Positions 1-10,229 are shown, counted from the stretch's first letter. The stretch: 64,000 bases of DNA from an uncultured Gemmatimonadaceae bacterium (GCA_963740355.1 CAVUDW010000002.1:2016001-2080000); one strand, 5' to 3'. The notes: generated by a model from the sequence alone, not told the origin. Made by a program: numbers and translations.

Positions 1-195
1 GTAGACGTGCTGGTTGACGCGGGTCATGGTCGCGATGGTCACGCCCGTGGACGTGGCGTAGGTGACCGAGACGGGGTCGGTATAGGCGGGCAGCGTCGAG
101 TCGCCACTGAGCGAGCACCCTGCGAGCGCGCTGCTGCTGGTGGCAAGGACGAGAGCCGTGGCGAGGCGTCGCGAGCGGACGAGAACTGAAGGCAT
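1..195 (-). CDS. Lipoprotein, probably FKBP-type peptidyl-prolyl isomerase (5' part only; runs off the window)
   Basis: Manual translation from ATG at 195: MPSVLVRSRRLATALVLATSSSALAGCSLSGDSTLPAYTDPVSVTYATSTGVTIATMTRVNQHVY..., with lipobox LAGC. The N-region resembles FKBP lipoproteins, but the catalytic domain lies outside the window. Not in the ORF track. Confidence 0.55.
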   Translation of the reverse strand, partial: MPSVLVRSRRLATALVLATSSSALAGCSLSGDSTLPAYTDPVSVTYATSTGVTIATMTRVNQHVY

Positions 196-346
196 GTCGG
201 GGTCCGGAAGGGACGGGAAGCGGGCGCGGGGAGCGGAACGGTGGGAGTGGCGTCTCGATATCGTGAAACGCCGGATGACTGAAGGTTACTACGGTTGCCC
301 AAGCGGGCCAGAGCTGGCTATCTTTTGCGGCTCGCTGGACGTATGT

Positions 347-420
347 GGCAGGGTAGCTCAGCTGGTTAGAGCACGGCACTCATAATGCCGGGGTCGCGGG
401 TTCGAGTCCCGCCCCTGCTA
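347..420 (+). tRNA. tRNA-Met (CAT), elongator-like; CCA not encoded
   Basis: Cloverleaf: acceptor GGCAGGG/CCCTGCT, D-arm GCTCAGCTGGTTAGAGC, anticodon arm CGGCA-CTCATAA-TGCCG, T-loop GGTTCGAGTCC. tRNA-Ile2 (lysidine) not fully excluded. Confidence 0.95.
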
Positions 421-438
421 TTGCAAACGCAGACACGG

Positions 439-480
439 AAGCCCGCCCCGTCCCTTATGACGGTGGCGGGCTTTGTGTTG
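439..480 (+). terminator. Intrinsic terminator after the tRNA (possibly bidirectional)
   Basis: Stem AAGCCCGCC-CCGTC / GACGG-T-GGCGGGCTT followed by a T-rich tail; lies between the tRNA and a convergent CDS. Confidence 0.7.
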
Positions 481-507
481 TTCCTGACGAGAATTCTGGC
501 AAACTCT

Positions 508-2847
508 TCAGTACCGCACCGCATACTGCAGCTTCACCAACAACTGATTCGACGCGAACCCCCACCGGCGATTGAGCCGCTGCGTCGGATCGGTCGGCAG
601 CCCACCCTCGATCGGCAAACCGGTCTGCGGATCGATGTCGTGCCGCAGGTTGTGGTTGTAGACCACGAAGAGGTCACCGAGCGGCGTGAACGTCCAACGC
701 AGTCGCGTATTCGCGCCGAACGAGTCTGACTGGTTGTCGTACTGCACGTAGCTGTTGAGCTGCAGGTCGGGCGACACGTTCACGCGCACCCGTGTGCCAA
801 CCAGGTTCTGCGTGAAATTGCCTTGCGGCAGGCGGCCGACGTTCCGCGTGGCGCTGAGCTCCATGATGAACAGCGACGTCGGCTTCCAGGCCGCGGTCAG
901 GATCATCTCGTCGAGCTTGCCGCCATAGAAATCGCCGAACCACCAGGTGGCCTGCCCACTCAGCCGACGTTTCGCCGCCAGCCCGGCTTCGAGACGATAC
1001 CGGTTCCAGTGGTACGAGCCTGCAGGAATCGTGATGCCATCCGCAATCTCGAACGGCACCAGCAACCGCTCACCGGTGGGGACGACGTTGGCTTCGATGC
1101 GATCACCACTCTCCAATCGCCAGTTGATCGGCGCGAAGAAGGTGCGATAACTCTCCCAGCGTCCGGTGGGGCCGCTCACCAGTGTGCCGAAGAACTCGTT
1201 GAACACCTGTCGCACACGCAATCCAGCAATCGGCCGTGTGGGTCGGGGCTGGTACACGGCGCTCGTGTTCAGGATGCGTACGTTTGGCCGCGGCACGAAG
1301 CCGAGTGCGGGATCGAACCCATCACCGAGCTGCTTGTACGTGACGTTGACATCCCACAGGTCGTTGGGATAATCGACCGTCGCGCCGAACGCCGAGTGGT
1401 TGCCGGTCAGGCCCTCGCGTCCAGTGGCCAGCGTCCAGGCGCCGATCAGCAGGTTCTTGTTGCCGCGGAAGCGCGAGGTCTGGTACGTGGCATCCACGCC
1501 GCCGGTCCAGCTGTTGGCGCGGCCGAGCGGATCACCGAACGTGGCCAGCGCGCCAATACTCGATTCGCGGAACACGTTCTTCTTCAGGCGGAGCACGCCG
1601 ACAGTGTTGGCCGTGGACACGGAATCGAGCGTCGGACTGTCCCCCTGACCGGTGCGCACCAGCAGCGCGCCGTAATTCGTGCCTCCAGACCTGCCGCTCA
1701 CCTTCGCGCCTGCGCGAATGGGCACCTCGGCGCCGTTCAGCAGTCCGATGCGGCGACTGAAGAACGGACGCACATCATCGCCCAACCCGATCCCGAAGTC
1801 GAAGATGTCCGCGCCTTGCAGGAAGAACGTGCGCTTCTCCGGAAAGACCAGCGGAAACCGCGTCAGGTTGGTGCGTCGTGTATCGACCTCCGTCTCGGCA
1901 AAGTCGGTATTCACCGTCAGTGACGCGAGGGTATTGGCACCGATCAGCTGTGTGACGTCGAGGCTTGCCGCGCGATCGCCCACGATCGGCGCATTGGCCG
2001 CGGCTACGCCGAAGCCGCCGGTGAAAGATGGTCGCACACTGAGGCCAATACCGAGCGCGAAGCTCGGCAGCTGCGTGAGCCGGCCGGCGCGGAAGGTCTG
2101 CGTCACCTTGAAGTTGCGCACGGGACTGGCCCAGCGGTCGGTTTCCTGCCCGCGCTGCGCACGACGCTGCACATTGAACCCCCACACGTCGAGGCCCGGC
2201 CGGAAAAGCAGGCTCCGCACGGGGATGCGGATCTCGGCAGACCAGCCGGTCGCGGTGCGAGCGGTCGCGGCTTCCCAGGCTGCGTCCCAGTTCGCGTTTT
2301 CTGTTTCCCCCTGTCCGGATACCAGCGCATCGTAGCGCGCGCCATTCGGATTGATGGCAAAGACGTATCCCGAACGGCCATCGAGATAGGTGTCGAGCAC
2401 GATCTTGATGTGGTCTTCGTTCGCCAGCGTCGCGTCGCGCTCGCGAGCGAAACTCACCAGACCTTCGGGCTGTGCGTCATCGGCACGCACACCGATGATG
2501 ATTTCATCGGGGCCGGCGAGCACCCGCACCACGGTTCGGCCGCCTGGCGCTGCGCCCTGCATCGGCTCGATCTGCGTCAGGTCGCCAATCGAATCGGCCG
2601 CACTCCACGCCGCCTCGTCCAGACGGCCATCGATCCGGATCGCGCCGCTGAATCGGCCGGCGCGCAGTGCGGGTTCTCCAGGAAGTGCCGTGACCACCTT
2701 CGACACACTGGACTGGGCTGCTGTCTCCGATGTCGTGACGCAAGCGACTGCGCACAGCGCGACGACCGCACGAACAGCAAAGCACCGTGAGTGGAGATGG
2801 GAAACGCGTATCATGCGCTGCGAGCTGGATGAGTCATGCGAAGTCAT
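508..2847 (-). CDS. CBM9-like + DUF5916 outer-membrane protein
   Basis: Signal peptide; IDGRLDEAAW CBM9-like start; TVNTDFAETEVD..NLTRFPLVFPEKRTFF and FFSRRIG motifs; C-terminal beta-strand ending in Y. Alternative start 2814. Confidence 0.85.
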   Translation of the reverse strand: MTSHDSSSSQRMIRVSHLHSRCFAVRAVVALCAVACVTTSETAAQSSVSKVVTALPGEPALRAGRFSGAIRIDGRLDEAAWSAADSIGDLTQIEPMQGAAPGGRTVVRVLAGPDEIIIGVRADDAQPEGLVSFARERDATLANEDHIKIVLDTYLDGRSGYVFAINPNGARYDALVSGQGETENANWDAAWEAATARTATGWSAEIRIPVRSLLFRPGLDVWGFNVQRRAQRGQETDRWASPVRNFKVTQTFRAGRLTQLPSFALGIGLSVRPSFTGGFGVAAANAPIVGDRAASLDVTQLIGANTLASLTVNTDFAETEVDTRRTNLTRFPLVFPEKRTFFLQGADIFDFGIGLGDDVRPFFSRRIGLLNGAEVPIRAGAKVSGRSGGTNYGALLVRTGQGDSPTLDSVSTANTVGVLRLKKNVFRESSIGALATFGDPLGRANSWTGGVDATYQTSRFRGNKNLLIGAWTLATGREGLTGNHSAFGATVDYPNDLWDVNVTYKQLGDGFDPALGFVPRPNVRILNTSAVYQPRPTRPIAGLRVRQVFNEFFGTLVSGPTGRWESYRTFFAPINWRLESGDRIEANVVPTGERLLVPFEIADGITIPAGSYHWNRYRLEAGLAAKRRLSGQATWWFGDFYGGKLDEMILTAAWKPTSLFIMELSATRNVGRLPQGNFTQNLVGTRVRVNVSPDLQLNSYVQYDNQSDSFGANTRLRWTFTPLGDLFVVYNHNLRHDIDPQTGLPIEGGLPTDPTQRLNRRWGFASNQLLVKLQYAVRY

Positions 2848-2953
2848 GAACGAATGCGCCGAGTGGCAGCGCTATTCAGAATGCGAAGCTATTCGCGATC
2901 CGTGTCGCATGCGCTACAAATATATTGCTGGTTTCCCGCTCTCGAGGTGTGCC

Positions 2954-3913
2954 ATGGCCGGATACGCACCGATCGCTCGACGTTTACGCAGGCGGCTCGT
3001 CCTGCTCGGTGGCGCATCTGCCGCCATGCTCATTGCGGCACCGCTTCGATCGCAGGGTGCGCCACCGTCGCCAGCCGATGGGGGGCCTGCGTGGTCAGCA
3101 GTCCAAACAGCGCTCGGTGGTGGTGGAAGGATGCAGCCCGGTGGCGTGCTGCGCTTTGGCTTCCCTCGTTCCGATCTGCATGTCACGGCCGACGGCGTCG
3201 TTCTTCGACCAACCTTCGCGCTCGGCTCCTGGGTGGCATTCCGACCGATGGACGGTGCGGCAGGCGCCGATGCGATGGTAATGGGCGACCTCGTCTTGAC
3301 GGAGGATGAAGTCAATCCTGTGATGCTGGCGCTCCAGCAGGGCGGCATACAACAGACTGCGCTCCACAATCACGTGCTACATGAGTCGCCGCGCGTGATG
3401 TACATGCACATCGCGGCGCACGGCAATCCCGCGACGATTGCCCAGACGATTCGGAGCGCGCTGGGCAAGAGCCAGACACCGATGTCGAGCGCGGTCGCCG
3501 CGCCGCCAGCGCCGCCACCGTTCGACCTCGACACCGCTGCCGTCGCTCGCGCGCTGGGGAACGCGGGTCGCATCGCAGGAGGCGTGTATCAGGTGAGTGT
3601 TCCGAGGGCGACGGCGATTCTGGAACATGGAATGGAGCTACCGCCATCGATGGGCGTCGCGACCGCGATCAATTTCCAGCCCACGGGCGGCGGAAAGGCT
3701 GCGATCACGGGCGACTTCGTGCTGACGGCGGATGAGGTGAACCCGGTGATCATGGCGTTGCGCTCGCACGACATTCTCGTGACCGCTGTTCACAGTCACA
3801 TGCTCGACGAAAATCCGCGGCTCTTCTTCATGCATTTCTGGGCCAACGCAGACGCGGTGACCCTGGCGAAGGGGCTTCGCGCCGCGCTCGACAAGACGGC
3901 CGTGCGACGTTAG
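2954..3913 (+). CDS. DUF1259 (LppY/LpqO-like) duplicated-domain exported protein
   Basis: Two repeats of GDLVLTEDEVNPV..TALHNH / GDFVLTADEVNPV..TAVHSH; ATG 2954 with GAGG upstream. Confidence 0.85.
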   Translation: MAGYAPIARRLRRRLVLLGGASAAMLIAAPLRSQGAPPSPADGGPAWSAVQTALGGGGRMQPGGVLRFGFPRSDLHVTADGVVLRPTFALGSWVAFRPMDGAAGADAMVMGDLVLTEDEVNPVMLALQQGGIQQTALHNHVLHESPRVMYMHIAAHGNPATIAQTIRSALGKSQTPMSSAVAAPPAPPPFDLDTAAVARALGNAGRIAGGVYQVSVPRATAILEHGMELPPSMGVATAINFQPTGGGKAAITGDFVLTADEVNPVIMALRSHDILVTAVHSHMLDENPRLFFMHFWANADAVTLAKGLRAALDKTAVRR

Positions 3914-3923
3914 CGCCGAGCGC

Positions 3924-6900
3924 TCAGTCGGGTGCGCGCCGCACTCCGACGCGTAGCTCTGGCGCACGCCCACGAACGTCCGGGTGTGTCCACACCCGCA
4001 CCGCCCGCACCCGGACCGCTGATTCCACCGAGTGGCCCATGATGAAGAGGTGATACTCGCCGCTCGGTGCAGGCGTGTAACGCCGTGTGCCGATCGGCGT
4101 GCCGTTCACCGCCACCACCATGGTCGAGTCACGCAGCAGTGTCAGCGACAGCAGCACGTCACGGCCATCACCGATGGAACTGTCCACCGATGCGTAGGTG
4201 ATCGAGCCGCCACTCGAGATCGCAAGACTCGTGGTACGCGCACGCCCTTCCCGCGCTGGGTATTTCATGCCCGTGCTGAAGAAGGCGAACGGGTTGCTGC
4301 TCGGCCACGTGCCGGTGGAATGATTCCACTTCGCGATCGCCCGCGTGAATTCTGCTGACTCGAGATAGATGCCGACTTCCTGCCAGACCGGCTGGGTGAC
4401 GGGCACGCGGACCAACGCTTCGACGGTCAGGCCGTCGTCGATCCTGAGCGGGGTGCGTGTATGCAAGCCGCTCGGATAGCTGCCGTCACCGGCTGGATCG
4501 AGTCCGCCGAGCTCGAGACTGGCGCGCGGCCTCGGCTCACCGAAATCCATCCACTGTGATGGGTCAATTCGCTCCCATCGCTCGGTCAGCAACAGCTTGT
4601 CGTTGGCCGAGTGACTCGTGGCCGAGAAGAGAGTCCGTGGGTCGGTGTACGGCGGCGACGGTTGCGGCGGACGATCATCGAGCGTGAATTGCGTCGCGGC
4701 GTTGCCGGTCGAGTGTCGATTCGCGAGTGCGGCGAGTCGTACGCGGCTCGCTTCACTCACGAATCTGTCCTGCAGAACCAGTCGGCCTCGAAGCGAGTCC
4801 GAGTTCACCGCGGCGCGGCCGTTCGGCGACGCCCACGCGAGGTGTCGCAACGGCGCGGAGGTCGGGGCATCGAGCTGCAATGGGCGCTGTGCCTGCGCGA
4901 TGTCGAGCAATGTGACCGACTGTGCCAGCCCAGCAGAATCGCTGCACCAGCAAGCGACATAGGCGCGCGAGGGGCTCAGCACCGCCTCCGCCACTGTCAA
5001 TCCATCGATCAGGGCGTGCGACCTGCCGCTGGTGACGCCAACGCTGTAGATGCCGTTGCGGGCGCCGATGTTGGCGATCAGCAGCACATTTTCGTCACTG
5101 ACCCAGCCGATCAGGCTTTGCACCACCATGCCAGAATCGACAGGCGTACAGCGCGGCTCGCCTTTCATGTCGGCCAGCACGCAGAGCGCGGCGCGATCGC
5201 CACGCTCGCGCGACTGGCGAAGGAAGGCGATGCTTCGGCCGGACGGTGACCAGGTTGGAAAGAGGTCACAGTCCGGCCCTTCCGTGACGCGCCAGATGTC
5301 GCGCGACCGAACGTCGCGAACTCCGATGTCACAGCCCGCATTGCCGAGCTCACTCCAGCGCGTGGTGCTGAACGCGAGCATCGCGCCATCGCTCGACCAC
5401 GCCGGCATTGCGTCGTCTCGCTCTCCTGCGGCAAGATCCACGGTGCGGTCGCCTTGCACACCAACGATATCCATTGTGTTCCGGCTGCCGGTCTCGACCT
5501 GCGCCGCGATCGTCCGGCCATCGGGTGAAAGGCTGACGCGATCAGGGGCTCGCTGCAGTGGCCAGTGCGCAACACCATTTCGCACACTGAACATCGGCAG
5601 GGACGTCCCGCGCGATGGGTTCCGAATGTCCACGAACTGCGAGTACACCGAGTCGTCGCTGTACGACTGGATGACGAGAGTTTCCGCCACGCTGTCGTTG
5701 GGCACTTGCGCGATCGATTTGTTGCGCCAGATCGCCAGGAGCACCACCAGTGAGAGTGCGGCAACAGCAGTGAGCAACGGAATCGCACGACCGCTGCGTG
5801 CCACGCGCGCCAACACGCGGGTGGGCGACCAGGTGGCGAACGCCGCACGCCGAGCTGCAGACGGAGCGATGGTGCTGGCCGGTGACGCAACATTCGACGT
5901 CGGTGTCACACGCTCTGCTTCGGAACGCGCGATCAGCGGCATCAGCCGGCTCGGAACACCGCCGGTCTTCGCGAAGATTGCCGGCGCCGTGGCATCAGCA
6001 TCGGTGCTTCCCGCAGCCCCGCAGAGCTGTTGAACTTCGGTGACGTCGAGGGGCCGAAGTGTGATCCGGTTTGCCGCTGGCGTATCGACCTGTGTGGCCA
6101 GTGACTCGGTCGACGCAATCACGAACAGCACGCGGTGCAAGTGCAGTCGTGCCGTCGCTGCCGCAACGATACGAATTGTGGTCGCGTCCGCCCGGTCGAT
6201 ATCGTCCAGCAATACGGCGACGGGTGCGACCAGACTCGCCGCCCGCAACGCATCGACGAGCTGGTCGATCGGTGCGAGTCGAGGCGATGCAACTCCCTGC
6301 GGCAGGTCGGTGCTGTCGAGTACCGCATCGCCGTGCACGGGAGTCGCGGGCATCGGCTCGGCGCCTCGCAGCAATCGCGTCGCTGCGATCAATCGATCGA
6401 CAACCGAGCCTGACTCCTCAGCATCGGTGGATGCGACGCCATCCAGAATCACCGCCGGCGTGTCCAGGCGCAGGCGCAACGCGAGGTTCGCCAGCAGCCG
6501 CGTGCGCCCGATTCCCGCTGGACCGTCGATCAGGACAGTCGTGCCCGACGATCGCTGCACCCCCTGCCAGGCGTCAACCAGCACGCGGAACTCGTTCGCG
6601 CGACCGATGATTGGACGAGTGGGGTCCGCGAGGTGATGCTCGCGCGCAAAGGTCAACACCGCGTCGATTGAACTGTCAGGGACCTCATCGCTGTTGGGCG
6701 CTGTCGGTGCGGCCACACTCGCGAGTCGCTCGACGAGGGTGGTGCGCACCTCGGTTGCGCGACCAGCCAGCGTGAGCGACTCGGTCAGCAGGCGCCGGCC
6801 CACGGTCAGCTGTGGGAACCGCTCGGCGATCGATGATGCCATAACAATCGCTGCGTCCCAGTCAGCGCAGTGCAGGCGCCGTCGCACCACCGCCTCAGCC

Positions 6901-7334
6901 GCAGCCTCAAATCGTCGACGGAGCCGCGTGCGTTCCTCCGCAGCCCAGCGCAAAAAGCCGTCGCAGCCACGCTCGCTGAAATCGTCGAAGAACTCGCGTG
7001 AGTAGAGTTGCGCGGCGGTCTCGTCATCGCCGTCGACGACCGCGTCGAGAAATCGCGTGCGATCAGTGTCGATCGGTTCCGCCAACCGAATCGTGTCGGT
7101 CGTGGCGACGAACGTGAGTGGCAACGTGCGACGGAGGCTGGCGAGCAACTGACGGAAGGCGTCAGCGTCGCGCGGCGATTCGTCGCTGTAGAGCAGCCGG
7201 AACAACTCTTTGCGCGGCGCGGTATGGCCCGTGGTGGCCATCAGAAACGCCAGCAGGGCGACGCCTTTGCCGGCCCCGACGGTTCGATCACCCAAATCGA
7301 GTCGAGGCGAACCGAAGGTGATCAGTTGGGGCAT
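3924..7334 (-). CDS. SARP/BTAD transcriptional activator + AAA(STAND) ATPase + TM helix + TolB/PD40 beta-propeller
   Basis: N-terminal LITFGSPRL..ALLAFL SARP-like wHTH; BTAD-like helices; IIGRANE, P-loop GPAGIGRT, Walker B VLLDD; one hydrophobic helix; repeats SPDGRTIA, PAWSSDGAMLAF, PTWSPSGRSIAF. Confidence 0.8.
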   Translation of the reverse strand: MPQLITFGSPRLDLGDRTVGAGKGVALLAFLMATTGHTAPRKELFRLLYSDESPRDADAFRQLLASLRRTLPLTFVATTDTIRLAEPIDTDRTRFLDAVVDGDDETAAQLYSREFFDDFSERGCDGFLRWAAEERTRLRRRFEAAAEAVVRRRLHCADWDAAIVMASSIAERFPQLTVGRRLLTESLTLAGRATEVRTTLVERLASVAAPTAPNSDEVPDSSIDAVLTFAREHHLADPTRPIIGRANEFRVLVDAWQGVQRSSGTTVLIDGPAGIGRTRLLANLALRLRLDTPAVILDGVASTDAEESGSVVDRLIAATRLLRGAEPMPATPVHGDAVLDSTDLPQGVASPRLAPIDQLVDALRAASLVAPVAVLLDDIDRADATTIRIVAAATARLHLHRVLFVIASTESLATQVDTPAANRITLRPLDVTEVQQLCGAAGSTDADATAPAIFAKTGGVPSRLMPLIARSEAERVTPTSNVASPASTIAPSAARRAAFATWSPTRVLARVARSGRAIPLLTAVAALSLVVLLAIWRNKSIAQVPNDSVAETLVIQSYSDDSVYSQFVDIRNPSRGTSLPMFSVRNGVAHWPLQRAPDRVSLSPDGRTIAAQVETGSRNTMDIVGVQGDRTVDLAAGERDDAMPAWSSDGAMLAFSTTRWSELGNAGCDIGVRDVRSRDIWRVTEGPDCDLFPTWSPSGRSIAFLRQSRERGDRAALCVLADMKGEPRCTPVDSGMVVQSLIGWVSDENVLLIANIGARNGIYSVGVTSGRSHALIDGLTVAEAVLSPSRAYVACWCSDSAGLAQSVTLLDIAQAQRPLQLDAPTSAPLRHLAWASPNGRAAVNSDSLRGRLVLQDRFVSEASRVRLAALANRHSTGNAATQFTLDDRPPQPSPPYTDPRTLFSATSHSANDKLLLTERWERIDPSQWMDFGEPRPRASLELGGLDPAGDGSYPSGLHTRTPLRIDDGLTVEALVRVPVTQPVWQEVGIYLESAEFTRAIAKWNHSTGTWPSSNPFAFFSTGMKYPAREGRARTTSLAISSGGSITYASVDSSIGDGRDVLLSLTLLRDSTMVVAVNGTPIGTRRYTPAPSGEYHLFIMGHSVESAVRVRAVRVWTHPDVRGRAPELRVGVRRAPD

Positions 7335-7514
7335 GATGAAGGGATACGCTTCCGGGCCCGGTTGGGGAAGAAGGGACCGAGCGAAGGCTGCCTGAACTCG
7401 ACCGACCGGCCGGTCATCAATAGATGGCCGGTGGGTAGATTGCCGCGAATGGATCGCTCGATGCAGTCACGCGTTCCTCACTTCCAGACCGTCAGAATCG
7501 TGTACCTCTCCACA

Positions 7515-8831
7515 GTGAATCTCCCCCGAACGCTGCGCGGCGCCGCTGCGGTGTTCGTATCGTTGGTCGGCACCCTTGTCCCACAGTCAGTGGTGCCGAG
7601 CACCGTCAGTGCTCAGGCACCGGTGACGCTGGCCGTGTCGGGGCGGAGCAATGACGCCGTCTCCATCGCTGCCGCGGGAGCTTTCGTGGTCGCGACCTGG
7701 GGCGCAGCCACCACTGGCGGCATGGATGTGTTCAGCGCCGTCAGCCGCGACGGGGGCTCGACCTTCGGCGCGCCGGTTCGTGTCAACAGCACGGCGCTCG
7801 ATGCGCGCGTCGGCGGTGAACAGCCGCCGAAGGTGACACTGGTCGCGCGACAGGGACGTGAGCCGAGCGTGGTGATCATGTGGAATACCCGCCGACCGGA
7901 AGGTGGGCGGATGGCGACGGCGCGTTCGGACGACGGCGGCGCGACGTACAGCACTTCGGCCATGGTACCGGGCAGCGAAGCAGCGGGCAGTAGGGGATGG
8001 GCGTCGATGGCGGCGGATCCGAATGGCAAGGTCTACGTGATGTGGCTCGATCATCGTGGCCTGGTGCCAGCGGCGCACGCCCAGATGGGGAACGCGCCGA
8101 TGACGCACGGAGCATCAGCGAGCGGACCCGCGATGCCCAAGCCCGACCCGGTGGCACAGGCGAACAAGTCGCAGCTCTACATCGCCTCGCTCGATGGCTC
8201 GACAGCCCCTCGCGCCGTGACCAATGGCGTCTGCTACTGCTGCAAGACCTCCGTGGTCACGGCGGCCGATGGCAGCGTGTACGGTGTCTGGCGTCACGTC
8301 TTCCCGGGCGACTTCCGGGACATGGCGATCACCGTGTCACGCGACAAGGGTCGAACGTTCTCGACACCAGTGCGGGTGAGCGAAGACCACTGGGAGTTCG
8401 ATGGCTGCCCTGACAACGGCCCATCGCTGGCGGTCGACGCGGCGCGACGTATCCATGTGGCATGGCCGTCGCCGGCCGACGTGAAGGACCCGCGCGTGAT
8501 GGCGTTGTTCTATGCCAGCTCCACGGATGGGCGCCGGTTCACGCCGCGTGTCCGCATCCCGACGGACGCACCCGCGGGCCACGTGCAGATCGTGAGCGAG
8601 GCCGATGGATCGGTGGTGATCGCATGGGAAGAAGCGACTGCCAGCGGCAAGTTGGTCAAGGTTGCGCGTGGCAAGCCTGATGCGGCGGGTCGTTTGGTGC
8701 TGCGTGCGGTTGGCACGCCCGACGCGGGCAAGTATCCGTCGCTTGCGGTCACACCGGCTGGCACGGTGATGGCCTGGACGCAGACGCAGAATGGATCGAG
8801 TGTGATCGCAGTGGAGCGCGTGGCGCGCTGA
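7515..8831 (+). CDS. Exported BNR/Asp-box (sialidase-like) beta-propeller protein
   Basis: Asp-boxes SRDGGSTF, SDDGGATY, SRDKGRTF, STDGRRF; CYCCKT and DGCPDNGP motifs; signal peptide. Start uncertain (GTG 7515 or ATG 7449). Confidence 0.8.
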   Translation: MNLPRTLRGAAAVFVSLVGTLVPQSVVPSTVSAQAPVTLAVSGRSNDAVSIAAAGAFVVATWGAATTGGMDVFSAVSRDGGSTFGAPVRVNSTALDARVGGEQPPKVTLVARQGREPSVVIMWNTRRPEGGRMATARSDDGGATYSTSAMVPGSEAAGSRGWASMAADPNGKVYVMWLDHRGLVPAAHAQMGNAPMTHGASASGPAMPKPDPVAQANKSQLYIASLDGSTAPRAVTNGVCYCCKTSVVTAADGSVYGVWRHVFPGDFRDMAITVSRDKGRTFSTPVRVSEDHWEFDGCPDNGPSLAVDAARRIHVAWPSPADVKDPRVMALFYASSTDGRRFTPRVRIPTDAPAGHVQIVSEADGSVVIAWEEATASGKLVKVARGKPDAAGRLVLRAVGTPDAGKYPSLAVTPAGTVMAWTQTQNGSSVIAVERVAR

Positions 8832-8863
8832 CTAACACTCACGGATGCGCACCGGCGCAGGCG

Positions 8864-9850
8864 TCAGGCGAGTTCTGAGGCCTGCATCCGGTTCGCGCGA
8901 CGCGTCGCGAGTTTCACTACGAGATTGTCGGCCACACCCGGCAGGTTCCACGGGCATGATGCGAGGCACGCGGCGCACCCCTGCGTCTCGTTGAAGTACG
9001 GCAGGCACTTGTCGAAGTCGACGTACCACTTCTCCTCGCCGCGTACGACCTGCTTGTCGGGACCGATGGCCTGCGGCGGGCAGCCGACGGTGCACGACTG
9101 ACACTTGGTGCAGAAATCATCGGCGCCGAAATCGTCGGGCTGGTCGGCTTCGAGTGGGACATCCGTCAGCACGCAGGCGAGCCGCAGGTTCGATCCAAGC
9201 CTGCGATTGATCAGTGAGCCGTGTTTCCCGAGTTCGCCAAGTCCGGCCGCGATGGCCGCGGGAAGCAGCAGCATCGGCATTGCGAGCGGGCCACCATGCG
9301 GCGTGGCGTCGTGCCCGCCCATCCGCAGATACGACGCCACGGCCTTCGCGACACGAATGCCACGTCCATACTGCCGGATGACTTCCGCCGCCGCGGTTTC
9401 GGCTGGCGCGGTGCTCAGCGCCCCCCAGTCATGCTGCACGCAGAGCATGATGGCCCATCGCTGCTTCACTTCGTAGCCATCGTACACCCACTGCGGCTGC
9501 ACGCGCGTGATGCCGACATCATCCGCGCCAGCATTGCGCGCTGTCTCCTTCACCAACCGCGTCCACTCGGCCGCACTGCGTTCCACGACGTCGTCCGACA
9601 GCGGTGCGACGGGTTCCTCGGTCGCGCGCATGCGCTCTTCACGCGCGACCTGCACGAAGGGCGTGGTGCGGTTGATGAACCAGAGCTGCAGCTTGCCATG
9701 CGCCGTGGCATCCGGCATGTGCCAGTAGATGGGCGACGGCTGCCTGACGTCCGACTCGCCGACACCATTGATGGTGTTCCCGGAGACGGACGGCCACAGC
9801 GCCATCTGCTCGGCACTCGGAGTCCACGGCGGTGGGCGTTTGGGCGGCAT
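8864..9850 (-). CDS. Reductive dehalogenase-like (RdhA/QueG superfamily) 2x[4Fe-4S] protein
   Basis: GADDVGI; AIAAGLGELGKHGSLI..GSNLRLACVLTD; CTKCQSCTVGCP and C..GCAACLASCPW. Start at MPPKRPP assumed. Confidence 0.75.
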   Translation of the reverse strand: MPPKRPPPWTPSAEQMALWPSVSGNTINGVGESDVRQPSPIYWHMPDATAHGKLQLWFINRTTPFVQVAREERMRATEEPVAPLSDDVVERSAAEWTRLVKETARNAGADDVGITRVQPQWVYDGYEVKQRWAIMLCVQHDWGALSTAPAETAAAEVIRQYGRGIRVAKAVASYLRMGGHDATPHGGPLAMPMLLLPAAIAAGLGELGKHGSLINRRLGSNLRLACVLTDVPLEADQPDDFGADDFCTKCQSCTVGCPPQAIGPDKQVVRGEEKWYVDFDKCLPYFNETQGCAACLASCPWNLPGVADNLVVKLATRRANRMQASELA

Positions 9851-9890
9851 GGATGAGAAGGTACGAGCGGTGCGTCCGGCTGCAAACGGG

Positions 9891-10229
9891 TCAGCCTGGG
9901 GCAGGCTCGATACCGAGTGATACGATGTCACCGTCAGCGTTGGTGGTCCAGCGCCCCCCCGCGCTGTCGGCCACGCCGCGCGCTTTCCATCCTCCGGGCA
10001 CGGGCACTGGTAGCGCTAGGAGCGCGCCCTCCGGTGAGGTGAGGAGGGCGAACTCCAGCGTTCCGCGCCCCACTACGACCACGCGACAGCGCCAGCCGCC
10101 GTTCCAGTTCCGATGGAAATCGAATTCCATGTCCACCGCACCGAGCCGCTCCTCGAACGCCAGCCGAATGAGCCTGCGCGCCTCTGGCGTCAGCCCACTC
10201 ATTTCCGTCACCTCGGCGAACTCGCTCAT
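9891..10229 (-). CDS. Hypothetical protein (112 aa)
   Basis: Protein-like composition from MSEFAEV; co-oriented with the gene downstream. Confidence 0.55.
   Translation of the reverse strand: MSEFAEVTEMSGLTPEARRLIRLAFEERLGAVDMEFDFHRNWNGGWRCRVVVVGRGTLEFALLTSPEGALLALPVPVPGGWKARGVADSAGGRWTTNADGDIVSLGIEPAPG

Noticed and set aside
347..3900. tRNA-Met as the integration site of a genomic island
   Set aside because: No integrase follows it, I saw no duplicated tRNA 3' end, and there is no evident compositional shift.
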